A DNA stretch of 61,393 bases, filler included, from 6 parts of 6 records of this genome joined end to end with filler, not necessarily neighbours in it; one strand, 5' to 3'. Positions 31,318 to 39,998 are shown, counted from the first letter of the whole stretch. Notes: generated by a model from the letters alone, not told the origin. Numbers and translations: made by a program.

Positions 31318-33398
31318 GCGCAACAATTGCATGGACGCCGCTGTTGCCTTGGCCGATCGTCGGTTTACTCGGCGCGGCCGGTTTGGCACTGCTCGCTGTT
31401 GCGCTTGTTCGAAGGGCCCGCGGGGTGGTTTTTCGCGCGGTCGTCCTTGCCCTGCTAATCGCGGCGCTGCTCGGACCGAGATTGATCGCCGAGCAGCACC
31501 AGGCCCAAAACGATATCGCGATCGCTCTTGTCGACCGCTCGCCAAGTCAAGGAACCGGCGATCGGCGCGACCAGTCCGGACGCGCGCTCGAAGCGCTGAC
31601 GGCGGAGATCGCAAAGCATCCCGATCTTGAACTGCGCACCATTGACGTTCCGGGCGCCGGTCCCGACGGCAGCGAAGGAACGAAAATGATCGGGGCGCTG
31701 GAAAAAGCGGTTGCCGCGGTTCCGGCCGGCCGGTTCGCCGGCGCCGTCCTGATAACCGATGGCCAGGTGCATGACGCGCCGGACACCGCGTCCGAAAAGA
31801 CGATTGGCGGCCCGGTGCACATTCTACTGTCCGGAAAACCGGACGAAATAGATCGGCGCGTGGTCGTCGAAAGCGTGCCAAGCTATGGAATCGTCGGAAA
31901 GGAAATCACGCTAACCTATCGCATCGAGGACAATCCGCAATCGGGTCGAACACCCGCGGCGGCCGGGCCGGCTTCGGTATCCATTCGCCTTGACGGCGAG
32001 ACGGTTTTCACCCAATCGGCCACCGCCGGCAGCGTGCAGGAAGCGACGTTTTCCCTCGATCACGCCGGGCCGACGATTGTCGAACTTGAAGCGGAACCGC
32101 TGCGAGGCGAACTGTCGGGCATCAACAACCGGGCGGTGGTTGCGGTCAACGGCGTTCGCGACCGGCTTCGCGTGCTTTTGGTGTCGGGTCAACCGCATCT
32201 CGGCGAACGAACCTGGCGCAATCTTCTGAAGTCGGACCCGGCGGTCGACCTCGTGCATTTCACAATTCTTCGTCCCCCCGACAAGGACGACTTCACGCCG
32301 CTGAGGGAACTGGCCCTGATCGCATTCCCGACACAGGAACTTTTCGAGAAACGTATCGATGAATTCGACCTGATTGTTTTCGACCGTTACGTCGTCCGTT
32401 TTGTGCTGCCACCGGTCTATTTCGAGAACATCACCAGATACGTGCAGGAAGGCGGCGCCGTTCTTTTGGCGGTCGGCCCCGAGTTTGCAGGCGTCAGAAG
32501 CCTTGCCGACACCCCCCTGGCCGATCTTATGCCGGTGCGACCGACCGGCCAGATTGTCGAAACCGCGTTCCGCCCGCGGCAGACCGATACGGGCCGCCGT
32601 CACCCGGTCACGGCCGCACTTCCGGCGGCTTCCACCTCAGCCGAGGTCGAGCCCGCATGGGGGCGTTGGTTCAGGCAAGTCGAGGGAACCGCTGAAAGCG
32701 GCCGCACCTTGTTGCAAGGACCGGAAGGACTGCCGCTTCTTGTTCTGGACCGTGTCGGCGAAGGACGGGTCGCCCAGGTGATGAGCGACCATATCTGGCT
32801 GTGGGCGCGCGGTTACGACGGCGGCGGCCCGCATGCCGAGGTCATCCGCAGGGTGGCCCATTGGCTGATGAAGGAACCGGACCTCGAGGAAGAAGCCCTG
32901 CTGGCCGTTGCCCGGGATGGGCAGCTTGCCATTGAGCGGCGCAGCCTCGATTCGGTTGCACGCTCAATCGAAGTCACCACGCCTTCGGATCAACGAATAA
33001 GCGTCGACTTGCCCGCCGGCGAAGACGGACGTGCGAAAGCGACCGTCGCGGCGGAAGAACCCGGCCTTTACAAGATCGACGACGGAATCCGCACCACCAT
33101 GGTTGCCGTCGGCGCCTTGAACGCACGGGAATTCGCCGATCTGCGGGCGACGGATATGCCTCTGCGCCCGATTGTGCAGGCGGCAGGCGGTGGCGCCTTT
33201 TGGATCGGGGACGGCATCCCGAATCTGCGGCGGACGCTGCCCGGTCGTGACACCGCCGGGCGGAATTGGCTTGGGCTTCGCCGAAACGGCGCTGAGCTTG
33301 TCACCGGCATCACCCAGGCTCCGCTTTTGCCGTGGTGGCTGATGTTGCCGATAGGGCTGAGCCTGCTCGGCCTGGCGTGGTGGCGCGAAGGCCGCTGA
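31314..33398 (+). CDS. Membrane protein of the MoxR operon (vWA-like plus GATase-like domains)
   Basis: DRSPS, ITDGQVHD, ERTWRNLLKSDPAVDLVHFTILRPP, WLWARG and terminal AWWREGR. Confidence 0.85.
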   Translation: MSATIAWTPLLPWPIVGLLGAAGLALLAVALVRRARGVVFRAVVLALLIAALLGPRLIAEQHQAQNDIAIALVDRSPSQGTGDRRDQSGRALEALTAEIAKHPDLELRTIDVPGAGPDGSEGTKMIGALEKAVAAVPAGRFAGAVLITDGQVHDAPDTASEKTIGGPVHILLSGKPDEIDRRVVVESVPSYGIVGKEITLTYRIEDNPQSGRTPAAAGPASVSIRLDGETVFTQSATAGSVQEATFSLDHAGPTIVELEAEPLRGELSGINNRAVVAVNGVRDRLRVLLVSGQPHLGERTWRNLLKSDPAVDLVHFTILRPPDKDDFTPLRELALIAFPTQELFEKRIDEFDLIVFDRYVVRFVLPPVYFENITRYVQEGGAVLLAVGPEFAGVRSLADTPLADLMPVRPTGQIVETAFRPRQTDTGRRHPVTAALPAASTSAEVEPAWGRWFRQVEGTAESGRTLLQGPEGLPLLVLDRVGEGRVAQVMSDHIWLWARGYDGGGPHAEVIRRVAHWLMKEPDLEEEALLAVARDGQLAIERRSLDSVARSIEVTTPSDQRISVDLPAGEDGRAKATVAAEEPGLYKIDDGIRTTMVAVGALNAREFADLRATDMPLRPIVQAAGGGAFWIGDGIPNLRRTLPGRDTAGRNWLGLRRNGAELVTGITQAPLLPWWLMLPIGLSLLGLAWWREGR

Positions 33399-33459
33399 TG
33401 CGTTCGGCCTCCATGACCATCGGACCCGCCGGTGTTAACAGGAAACGGTGAAGCAAAAA

Positions 33460-34365
33460 TCAGTCTGCATCCCAATAGGGTTCGGGACCGAAATGCCGCG
33501 CAAGGGAATCGACAAACACACGCACCTTCGCCGAAAGATGTTTCCGGTGAGGATAGAGCGCATAGGCGGCAAGGGATCCGTCCTCGTATTCGTCCAAGGC
33601 GGTCGTCAAACGCCCGGCACGAATGTCGTCACCGACGATGAAGGTCGGCGATTGGTAAACACCCAACCCGGCAACTGCCGCGGCTCGGATGGCCTCGCCG
33701 TTGTTGGCCCGAAAAGTGCCGTCGACGTGGACCGATCGAGGGCCCGCCTCCCCTTGAAACCGCCACTCTCTGGGCGCTTCGAGATAGGTATAGATCAGGC
33801 AGTTGTGATCCGCCAACTGCGCTGGATGTTTCGGAACGCCGTGACGCTGCCAGTAATCGGGGCTTGCACAAACCACCCGGCGAATGGGTGCGATCTTCCT
33901 GGCGATCAGGCTTGAATCGGCCATCTCGGCGATACGGATGGCAACATCGTAACCTTCCTCGATCAAATCGACCCGGCGGTCGTTCAGGTCCAGGGATACG
34001 GTCAGGTCGGGATATTCGGACATGAAGCCGGCAAGAGCGGATGCCAACGGGCCTACTCCAAAAGACATCGGGGCATTGACACGCAGCGTCCCGCGCGGTT
34101 CCGCCGCCAACTGCGTAACCGCCTGCTCGGCTTCTTCCAGTTCGCTCAGAATGCGCTGGGCGCGCTCGTGAAAGGCGACTCCGACCTCGGTCAAATTTAG
34201 GCGCCGGGTGGTTCGGTTGATCAGCCGCGCGCCGAGCCTTTCCTCCAGCGCCGCCAGCTTCTTGCTCGCCGACGATTTCGATATCCCGAGCTCGTGCGCG
34301 GCCGCCGAAAAGCTTCCGGTATCGGCAACCTTCACGAACAGGTTGATCGCCCGCAATGAATCCAT
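33460..34365 (-). CDS. LysR-family transcriptional regulator (CrgA-like)
   Basis: [34 protein letters not shown] and [12 protein letters not shown]. Start reassigned to 34365; divergent from wrbA. Confidence 0.95.
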   Translation of the reverse strand: MDSLRAINLFVKVADTGSFSAAAHELGISKSSASKKLAALEERLGARLINRTTRRLNLTEVGVAFHERAQRILSELEEAEQAVTQLAAEPRGTLRVNAPMSFGVGPLASALAGFMSEYPDLTVSLDLNDRRVDLIEEGYDVAIRIAEMADSSLIARKIAPIRRVVCASPDYWQRHGVPKHPAQLADHNCLIYTYLEAPREWRFQGEAGPRSVHVDGTFRANNGEAIRAAAVAGLGVYQSPTFIVGDDIRAGRLTTALDEYEDGSLAAYALYPHRKHLSAKVRVFVDSLARHFGPEPYWDAD

Positions 34366-34378
34366 GACCAGGCTTTCT

Positions 34379-34401
34379 ATTGTTTCAATATAAGAAACAA
34401 T
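34379..34401. promoter_or_regulatory. LysR-type T-N11-A operator
   Basis: Perfect inverted repeat ATTGTTTC-N7-GAAACAAT in the lysR/wrbA divergent gap. Confidence 0.7.
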
Positions 34402-34494
34402 ATTGTTCCTTGTCGGCGGATTGTCCATTCCCTTTCTCGAGACCATCTTGGCGCTATCGAAAGTCACCGAGAAAACCCTTTGGAGATTCCTCCC

Positions 34495-35097
34495 ATGAGC
34501 AAGGTTCTTGTCCTCTACTACAGCAGCTACGGTCACATCGAGACCATGGCCGGCGCCATCGCCGACGGCGCGCGCAGCGTTTCCGGCACCGAGGTTACGG
34601 TCAAACGGATCCCCGAGTTGGTCCCCGAAGAGGTCGCCGAGCAATCGGGAATGAAAACGGATCAGCAGGCGCCCATCGCCGAACCCGGCGAATTGGCCGA
34701 CTACGACGCGATCATTTTCGGCACGCCGACCCGCTTCGGCAACATGGCGGCACAGATGCGCAATTTCCTCGACCGTACCGGCGGCCTCTGGGCCGAAGGA
34801 AAGCTGATCGGCAAGATCGGCAGCGTCTTTGCCAGCACCGCCACCCAGCACGGCGGCCAGGAAACGACGATCACGTCGTTTCATTCGACGCTTCTGCATC
34901 ACGGCATGGTTATCGTCGGTCTGCCCTATTCGGCGGCAGGACAAATGACCATGGACGAAATCACCGGCGGTTCGCCTTACGGCGCGACGACGCTGGCCGG
35001 AGGCGATGGCAGCCGCCAGCCCAGCGCCAACGAACTCGATCTTGCCAATTTCCAAGGTCGCCACGTCGCCGAACTGGCCGCCAAGCTCGGCGCCTAG
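34495..35097 (+). CDS. wrbA: NAD(P)H:quinone oxidoreductase
   Basis: [30 protein letters not shown] and GGSPYGA. Confidence 0.96.
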   Translation: MSKVLVLYYSSYGHIETMAGAIADGARSVSGTEVTVKRIPELVPEEVAEQSGMKTDQQAPIAEPGELADYDAIIFGTPTRFGNMAAQMRNFLDRTGGLWAEGKLIGKIGSVFASTATQHGGQETTITSFHSTLLHHGMVIVGLPYSAAGQMTMDEITGGSPYGATTLAGGDGSRQPSANELDLANFQGRHVAELAAKLGA

Positions 35098-35129
35098 AAG
35101 GTCCCCGGAAAAGCACGAAAGGAAAAGGC

Positions 35130-35179
35130 ATGGGACTGCTGGTGGACGGCGTCTGGCAGGACGTCTGGTACGACACGAA
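35130..35179 (+). CDS. Glutathionyl-hydroquinone reductase (YqjG/ECM4-like GST), first 16 codons only
   Basis: MGLLVDGVWQDVWYDT is the typical N-terminus of this family. A purine-rich RBS precedes it. Confidence 0.75.
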
Positions 35180-35279
35180 NNNNNNNNNNNNNNNNNNNNN
35201 NNNNNNNNNNNNNNNNNNNNNNNTTAATTAATTAANNNNNNNNNNNNNNNNNNNNNNNNNNNNNNNNNNNNNNNNNNNN
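35180..35279. other. Artificial contig spacer
   Basis: N44-TTAATTAATTAA-N44. Confidence 0.99.
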
Positions 35280-35309
35280 TCGTAGGTTCGAATCCTGCCC
35301 CCGCTACCA
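35280..35309 (+). tRNA. 3' portion of a tRNA, probably initiator tRNA-Met; putative att core
   Basis: TCGTAGGTTCGAATCCTGCCCCCGCTACCA contains a T-arm, the acceptor strand CCCCGC and CCA, resembling tRNA-fMet. The anticodon is not in the window. Confidence 0.8.
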
Positions 35310-35315
35310 TAATAA

Positions 35316-35388
35316 TATCAAGGGTTTAGGGTGTTTCCTAAGCCCTTTTTTTACGCCTGTATTCATCCAGTGGTACAAGATTGGTACA
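35316..35388. promoter_or_regulatory. att-arm features: IHF site and arm-type direct repeats
   Basis: TATCAAGGGTTTA (35316-35328) matches WATCAANNNNTTR exactly. TGGTACA occurs at 35371 and 35382 (11-bp period). Confidence 0.6.
35320..35352 (+). terminator. Intrinsic terminator after the tRNA
   Basis: AAGGGTTTAGG-GTGTTT-CCTAAGCCCTT followed by TTTTT. Confidence 0.7.
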
Positions 35389-36531
35389 CCTTTTATCCAA
35401 TTTTTCTTGTTCCATAAGGGCTTTTGGACCGTTTTTCGGCGTTTCGGGATCCACATCCTTAATGTACCGCATGAACGCCTGACCATCCGAACGGGTCTCT
35501 CTCGGTATCCAAGCATAATACCGCTGAAAAATCATCTGCAGCGAGGAATGACCCATCATATTCTGCACCCATCCGACATCCTCGCCTGCTGAAAGCATCA
35601 TGGTCGCGAAGGTGTGTCGCGTTTGCAGGGGAGGGCGGTAATCAATGCCGGCCTTTTCGAGTGCAGGTGTCCACACCTCCTTGCGGATATGATCAGGTGT
35701 CATCCGTCTACCGTCAACGGTCAAAAAGATGTGTTTCTTGTCTCCGGTCAGTTTCCGCTGTTCGGCTAAAGCGTCAAGCACCTGCGGTAGACACTTGATG
35801 TAACGCTTTGATTTTTTAGTTTTTGGAACGCTGTCTTTTTTGTAAACATAGGTCTTATGGATGAAAATGTGTGGCTCCGGCTTCATGTCCTCCAAAAAAT
35901 CAGACCAACTCAAACCATTCATTTCGCCCGCCCGCATCCCGGTAAAAAAGGCAACAGTCACATAGGGACGATACCAGGAGGGGACTGTATCGAGGACCTG
36001 ATTGACTTCGTCGAAGGAGAAGGGACGGATTTCAGGGTCTTCCTCTTTCAGGCGTTTCAACTTGCGGAAAACATTGTCCTGGATAATCTCCTGTCGATGT
36101 GCGAACTCAAAAACAGATTTCATCGGTACCAAAATGTTGTTGGCCCTCTTTGACCCCACCTTTAAACGGCTCCTGAATTTGATTATATCGACATAGCTAA
36201 TTTCCGAGATCGGAATGTCCTTGAATATGGGGAGAATATGGCCATTCATTGCTGAAACATAATCCGGCCAGGTAGAATGCCGCACCTCAGTCTTGTGTAT
36301 GGGTGCCCACTCTTTTGCGACTTCGCCAAAGGTTATGGATTCTTGCTCATTTTGAGGAACATCGAGTTGTCCATACTCAGTCAGGTTGCCAAGGTAAAAA
36401 TTTCGAAGGTCCCTGGCTGTTTGTGTATCTGTGGTATTAAGTGACCGTTTGAACATTTTGCCGTTGTGCTTTTTACGGAAATAATAGATGTCTCCTCGTT
36501 TCTGTAGATATCTATCTTGTTTTTTTGCCAT
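35338..36531 (-). CDS. Tyrosine integrase
   Basis: FFTGMRAGE (R), PKTKKS (K), LQTRHTFAT, MMGHSS and RYY (Y). Start reassigned to 36531, overlapping the xis stop (TGATG). Confidence 0.93.
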   Translation of the reverse strand: MAKKQDRYLQKRGDIYYFRKKHNGKMFKRSLNTTDTQTARDLRNFYLGNLTEYGQLDVPQNEQESITFGEVAKEWAPIHKTEVRHSTWPDYVSAMNGHILPIFKDIPISEISYVDIIKFRSRLKVGSKRANNILVPMKSVFEFAHRQEIIQDNVFRKLKRLKEEDPEIRPFSFDEVNQVLDTVPSWYRPYVTVAFFTGMRAGEMNGLSWSDFLEDMKPEPHIFIHKTYVYKKDSVPKTKKSKRYIKCLPQVLDALAEQRKLTGDKKHIFLTVDGRRMTPDHIRKEVWTPALEKAGIDYRPPLQTRHTFATMMLSAGEDVGWVQNMMGHSSLQMIFQRYYAWIPRETRSDGQAFMRYIKDVDPETPKNGPKALMEQEKLDKRCTNLVPLDEYRRKKRA

Positions 36532-36812
36532 CAGCTTATTCTCCAGTCTTCGTTTGAAGACAGCCGAGGCTTTACCCGAATTTCCTTGCTTTTTCCTTTT
36601 TGTGGCTCCTTTCTCCAATGGGTGAATTTATTCTGAAATTCTTCAATCTCCCGACGATAATACAACACGCGATCTGAGCCGGGGGCAACAAAAAAACTGA
36701 GCAGCCCGCGTTTTCGCCAGTTTTTAATCGTATTGCTTGATACTCGAAAATGCCTGGCGACTTCCTGCTGTGTCCACAACTCTTTATTCCACATATTTCC
36801 CGGTCTGTCCAT
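36531..36812 (-). CDS. Excisionase-like winged-HTH protein (HTH_17/MerR-like)
   Basis: LWTQQEVARHFRVSSNTIKNWRKRGLL...RVLYYRREIEEF. Coupled to int. Confidence 0.85.
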   Translation of the reverse strand: MDRPGNMWNKELWTQQEVARHFRVSSNTIKNWRKRGLLSFFVAPGSDRVLYYRREIEEFQNKFTHWRKEPQKGKSKEIRVKPRLSSNEDWRIS

Positions 36813-36844
36813 TCGTTGATCTACTGATTATCGCAGGTATATTT

Positions 36845-37084
36845 TTATCGCTTACATACGCAGTTACATCTTAAAATTTTATCTGTGATTGGTTCCCCGT
36901 TCACATGGATGTCTAAATTGTTGATGTCGACGCCCATGACGTCTTTGGCGAAGCTGCGGACGGTGAGTCCGGAGGTGGCGGCCATGGAGATCATCGAGGT
37001 GGAACCGGGCTTGTAGTTTACCTGAATAGCTGCGGGCATCCGACTTCCTCCTTGTAGAGAATGAAAAGGGCCACAATCGACCAT
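36845..37084 (-). CDS. Small protein resembling a C-terminally truncated ubiquitin-like (ThiS/MoaD beta-grasp) fold
   Basis: IQVNY..SMISM..GLTVRSFAKDVMG..LDIHVNGEP pattern. Strong RBSs precede both ATG 37084 (GGAGGAGG) and ATG 37039 (AAGGAGG). Confidence 0.5.
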   Translation of the reverse strand: MVDCGPFHSLQGGSRMPAAIQVNYKPGSTSMISMAATSGLTVRSFAKDVMGVDINNLDIHVNGEPITDKILRCNCVCKR

Positions 37085-37207
37085 TGATTAATGCCTCCTC
37101 CCGCCAGGCTAAAAAGGGTATTCCACACATTCGGTAGACGAATGGATTAAAGATTTGACAAGTTGGAACTCAGAGCACCCATAGGTAACCAGAAAATCAC
37201 AGATACA

Positions 37208-37549
37208 TTACCAAGGTATTGGGTGGCGTCCAGTTAGTACCTGAAGGAAGAGTCTGCCACCTCTATTTTCAGGCGTGTCATATTCCGCGATCACCTCCAG
37301 CGCGCGATCTCGACTGTCTCCTTGTGGTATACGTGTAGCAATCGCTATAGCGGGCTCGAGATTCAAAAAATAGTGGAGCATCGGACGCCCCGTATAAGGG
37401 CTAATACCGTCTTCGACTATATAGTCGTTTCCTTCCTCAAGTTTCAGTGACCTTATGTTGGCCCTCATCCACGTCGAAAATAGAGTTGGGATGTAGGCCT
37501 TTTCATGGATTTTTATCGCCGGTACTGGAAAAATTGTAAAATCACTCAT
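37208..37549 (-). CDS. AntA/AntB-type antirepressor-like protein
   Basis: IH....TLFSTWMRANIRSLKLEEGNDY...GRPMLHYFLNLEPA fits the AntA pattern F.xW...I....F.E..DY...GRP...Y.L....A. Confidence 0.7.
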   Translation of the reverse strand: MSDFTIFPVPAIKIHEKAYIPTLFSTWMRANIRSLKLEEGNDYIVEDGISPYTGRPMLHYFLNLEPAIAIATRIPQGDSRDRALEVIAEYDTPENRGGRLFLQVLTGRHPIPW

Positions 37550-37577
37550 GAAATATACCTTTGTTGTCTAAAAAGTA

Positions 37578-37748
37578 TTGGAACTTGGCTGTGATACGTC
37601 TCTTAAAAAGGAAATGAGATCGATTCTTTCAACATCAAACTGGTTGGCCTGCCTACAACAGGATAACGAAAAGTTACCAACCAAAGCGCAGGGACTAAGC
37701 TGTTTACTCGGTCCCTGCACTTCATATTAGGACACACGGCAAGTTCAA
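37578..37748 (-). ncRNA. Candidate multi-stem structured RNA upstream of the antirepressor
   Basis: Nested stems: GAACTTG/CAAGTTC closing stem, a 12-bp stem (37684-37722), and a three-way junction TGGTTGG/CCAACCA (37641-37683). G-U pairs favour the minus strand. Confidence 0.5.
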
Positions 37749-37775
37749 AAATAGGTGTGAGAAAACCTGCCAATC

Positions 37776-38276
37776 CTACAGATCCCAGAACTGTTCAAAA
37801 TAGTCGATATTCATGTCGGTAGTGCCTAGTTCCTCAAAAAAGGGCTTGACCATGTGGTATCTGAAATAAGGCGCCTCTTTTTTGCTCAAGTGCATCGCCT
37901 TATCCAGGTTAAAAGGCCCCTCACCCTCTACCGGTAATAGAAGAGCCGTCCCAACAGTTGAACCCAGTTCGAAAGAAAGAGGAACTCCTGAAACGGCGAC
38001 CATTTCGGCAAAGGGTTCCATGGTTCCGTTTGCATATTCTTGCCAGCTTTCTACCAGACCCATTGGGCAGGGCATTGTTTTTTCAAAGGCATCTGCACCC
38101 CAGAACTTCGAATTTTGCGGATTTACTAGCATGGCAATTGGCTTCCCGAGACGGGTAATGACCACTGCCCTCGGAAAATTGCGCATGGTGCATTCAAGTG
38201 CTGAGTAACCGAGTTCGAAGCGGTCATCAATAACCAAAACTTTGCCATCAATCTTGTATTCCTTGCGTTTAAACAT
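37776..38276 (-). CDS. Hypothetical protein with a Phd/YefM-like motif
   Basis: AVVITRLGKPIAMLV. AAGGAG precedes ATG 38276; overlaps the upstream Phd gene stop. Confidence 0.6.
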   Translation of the reverse strand: MFKRKEYKIDGKVLVIDDRFELGYSALECTMRNFPRAVVITRLGKPIAMLVNPQNSKFWGADAFEKTMPCPMGLVESWQEYANGTMEPFAEMVAVSGVPLSFELGSTVGTALLLPVEGEGPFNLDKAMHLSKKEAPYFRYHMVKPFFEELGTTDMNIDYFEQFWDL

Positions 38277-38526
38277 TAAATACTCCTTTCTCTTCGTCTG
38301 GTGTAGAATCCGCACTATCTTCACAAGTAAAAATCACAGCTTCATCTCTCTGATGTTCAGCATCCGCCGCTGGTTTGATGATAGCGATTGGTCTGCCTCT
38401 GTTGGTTACAAGAACGCTTTTTTTCTCCTGTTTAACGAAGTTCAGAATCTTGGAAACTGACCAGCAAAACTTCGTAACAGACACAGTTATCGGGTTGGGA
38501 CCGACAGCTTTAGACTCTTTACTCAT
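38269..38526 (-). CDS. Phd/YefM-family antitoxin-like protein
   Basis: TVSVTKF...SKILNFV....SVLVTNRGRPIAIIKP with an acidic tail. GGAGGAG RBS. Confidence 0.8.
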   Translation of the reverse strand: MSKESKAVGPNPITVSVTKFCWSVSKILNFVKQEKKSVLVTNRGRPIAIIKPAADAEHQRDEAVIFTCEDSADSTPDEEKGVFNV

Positions 38527-38870
38527 AACCTCTACTCCTCCTGTACTATTGTGTAAATTTGAGCAGTGAACACAGTAGACTATATTTATCTACCTACATC
38601 TTAATAAATTATGGTAAGAAATCAGTAAGAAGTGAAGTAATTAAATGAAAAAAATTCATATAAAACCAAGTAAATAGGAGTTTTAAGGTATCGATTAATT
38701 ACGAGGTGCAATCCAATCCATTTCCCATGTGAGGAACGTGGGTTCTAAGGACTTGATAACGGCAAAGAAGAAGGAAAGGATCTGAGCAAAAAAGCAGTTT
38801 TGTGCATTTACAGATACACTGTTTTTTGACCAACAGGCTCATGCCCGTCGTATCAATCACAGCAATTTTC

Positions 38871-39152
38871 TCAGTTAGACAACTTCGCAAGCAATTCCCG
38901 GCTATCGTTAAGCAGTTTCCGAATTCTTCTTCGTTCGGTTTTCATTTTGGCAGTGTGAAAACCACTTTTTAAGGAATTGGTATTGCCGAGAGGTGGGCCT
39001 GAGCCAGGTGCTCCGCCGTGGATGAAGCAACGTTTCTTACCTGGTTCTGGCAGGTTTTGGCATATGGTGCCATCGATACGGTTTTTTGCTCCGCAAATGA
39101 TTTCGCCACCGGCGACAGAGAAATCAGCCTTGATATTAGGTAGATATTCCAA
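38871..39152 (-). CDS. HGGxSTG-domain protein
   Basis: CGAKNR..G..CQN......RCFIHGG..GSGPPLGNTNSLKSG. Confidence 0.8.
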   Translation of the reverse strand: MEYLPNIKADFSVAGGEIICGAKNRIDGTICQNLPEPGKKRCFIHGGAPGSGPPLGNTNSLKSGFHTAKMKTERRRIRKLLNDSRELLAKLSN

Positions 39153-39157
39153 TTTTG

Positions 39158-39709
39158 CTACACCCCGTCCCTATTTGGCTGAGTGACATTTCCTATAATA
39201 GCTTGGCCACCTTCGTTGTTCAGATGGACGTGATGTACGTTGATCGTCTGCTGCCCTTTTTGCCGCATACGACGAAGTGTTTCGGCCTGTGCTGTGAACA
39301 CTCGTGCCAATTTCATAGCGATATTGATGTAATTTTTCTGGATCTCCGCCATGGGTGTGTTGGCTGCCCGGGCAAGGAGGCCCATGAGCTGCGTGTGGAT
39401 GGCTACCATCTGCGTGGCCAATAGCGCTTCCGTTGCATTGGTAGGTTTTTGCTCCGCCAGCGCAGCCAATGCTGCATTAATAAGTGGTGCTGACCCTTCC
39501 TTTGGTGGTCCGAAGGCATTGACGAGTTGATCGACTAAAACTATGGATAGTTCCCGGCTTTGAGTCCCAGTGGCGGCCATCGCAGATGAAATAAAATCTT
39601 CGGGTTCGTTGTATTCTCCCGAGTCAGGTGAGAGAGAGCCATCAGCAACCTCGATTTTGGGCGACGGGGTATGAGTATCTGTTTTCGCATCTACTAAAGA
39701 CGTGTTCAT
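39158..39709 (-). CDS. Hypothetical protein of a type I recall lying upstream of HGGxSTG genes in integrative elements
   Basis: P....EALLATQMVAIH...KLAR.F..Q.ETL.R.R.KGQQ.I.V.HVH...GGQAIIGNV. GGAG RBS. Confidence 0.75.
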   Translation of the reverse strand: MNTSLVDAKTDTHTPSPKIEVADGSLSPDSGEYNEPEDFISSAMAATGTQSRELSIVLVDQLVNAFGPPKEGSAPLINAALAALAEQKPTNATEALLATQMVAIHTQLMGLLARAANTPMAEIQKNYINIAMKLARVFTAQAETLRRMRQKGQQTINVHHVHLNNEGGQAIIGNVTQPNRDGV

Positions 39710-39808
39710 ATGATCTCCATTGGTATTAAGCGATTGTCATCCAATTGCGTGAGCGGGATCTCCTCCCCTCGCACTCGCTACATCATGATCAATAAAGAGG
39801 GTGGGGAT

Positions 39809-39976
39809 TGTCCTATCATGTCCTATTTACTGTCCTATTTAGATAAACTATAACTATCTGAAATTGTTATAGATGACCTAATTGTCCTATTTGTCCTAAG
39901 AAAATAGAATTTTGTAAAAATTTTTTATTGTAAGAAAAAAGCCTCCAAAAACCGGTCAAACGGGGCAATTAGGGCA
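39809..39976. repeat. Iteron array, putative replication origin
   Basis: TG(T/A)CCTA at 39809, 39819, 39831, 39874, 39883 and 39892, flanking an AT-rich IHF-like core (TAACTATCTGAAA, 39851). Inverted variant TAGGGCA at 39970. Immediately 3' of the helicase gene. Confidence 0.75.
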
Positions 39977-39998
39977 AGCCCCAGGAATTATTGTATAT

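Noticed and set aside
26669-33398. MoxR-DUF58-DUF4159 cluster as a novel system
   Set aside because: It is a widespread conserved alphaproteobacterial operon in its usual context.
34366-35064. Apparent 233-aa N-terminal extension of the LysR protein
   Set aside because: It is the antisense of wrbA and the intergenic gap; the HTH starts at 34365.
7067-35179. Many long overlapping ORFs such as 9885-11120, 11747-13159, 15329-17257, 15445-16548 and 30712-31881
   Set aside because: These are shadow or alternate-frame ORFs typical of high-GC DNA. They overlap well-supported genes and have no recognisable motifs.
36879-37130. 83-aa ORF overlapping the Ubl-like gene
   Set aside because: Arg/His-rich alternate frame with no RBS; both strong RBSs serve the other frame.
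37578-37748. Hammerhead ribozyme, tRNA, retron RNA or true C4 RNA as the identity of the structure; also an internal 40-codon ORF (MKCRDRV...)
   Set aside because: No CUGANGA/GAAA core, no T-loop or CCA, no reverse transcriptase nearby, and no complementary target boxes found by eye. The small ORF has no RBS.
38575-38593. GTAGA-N9-TCTAC inverted repeat upstream of the Phd gene
   Set aside because: Five-base arms in AT-rich DNA are too weak to call as an operator.
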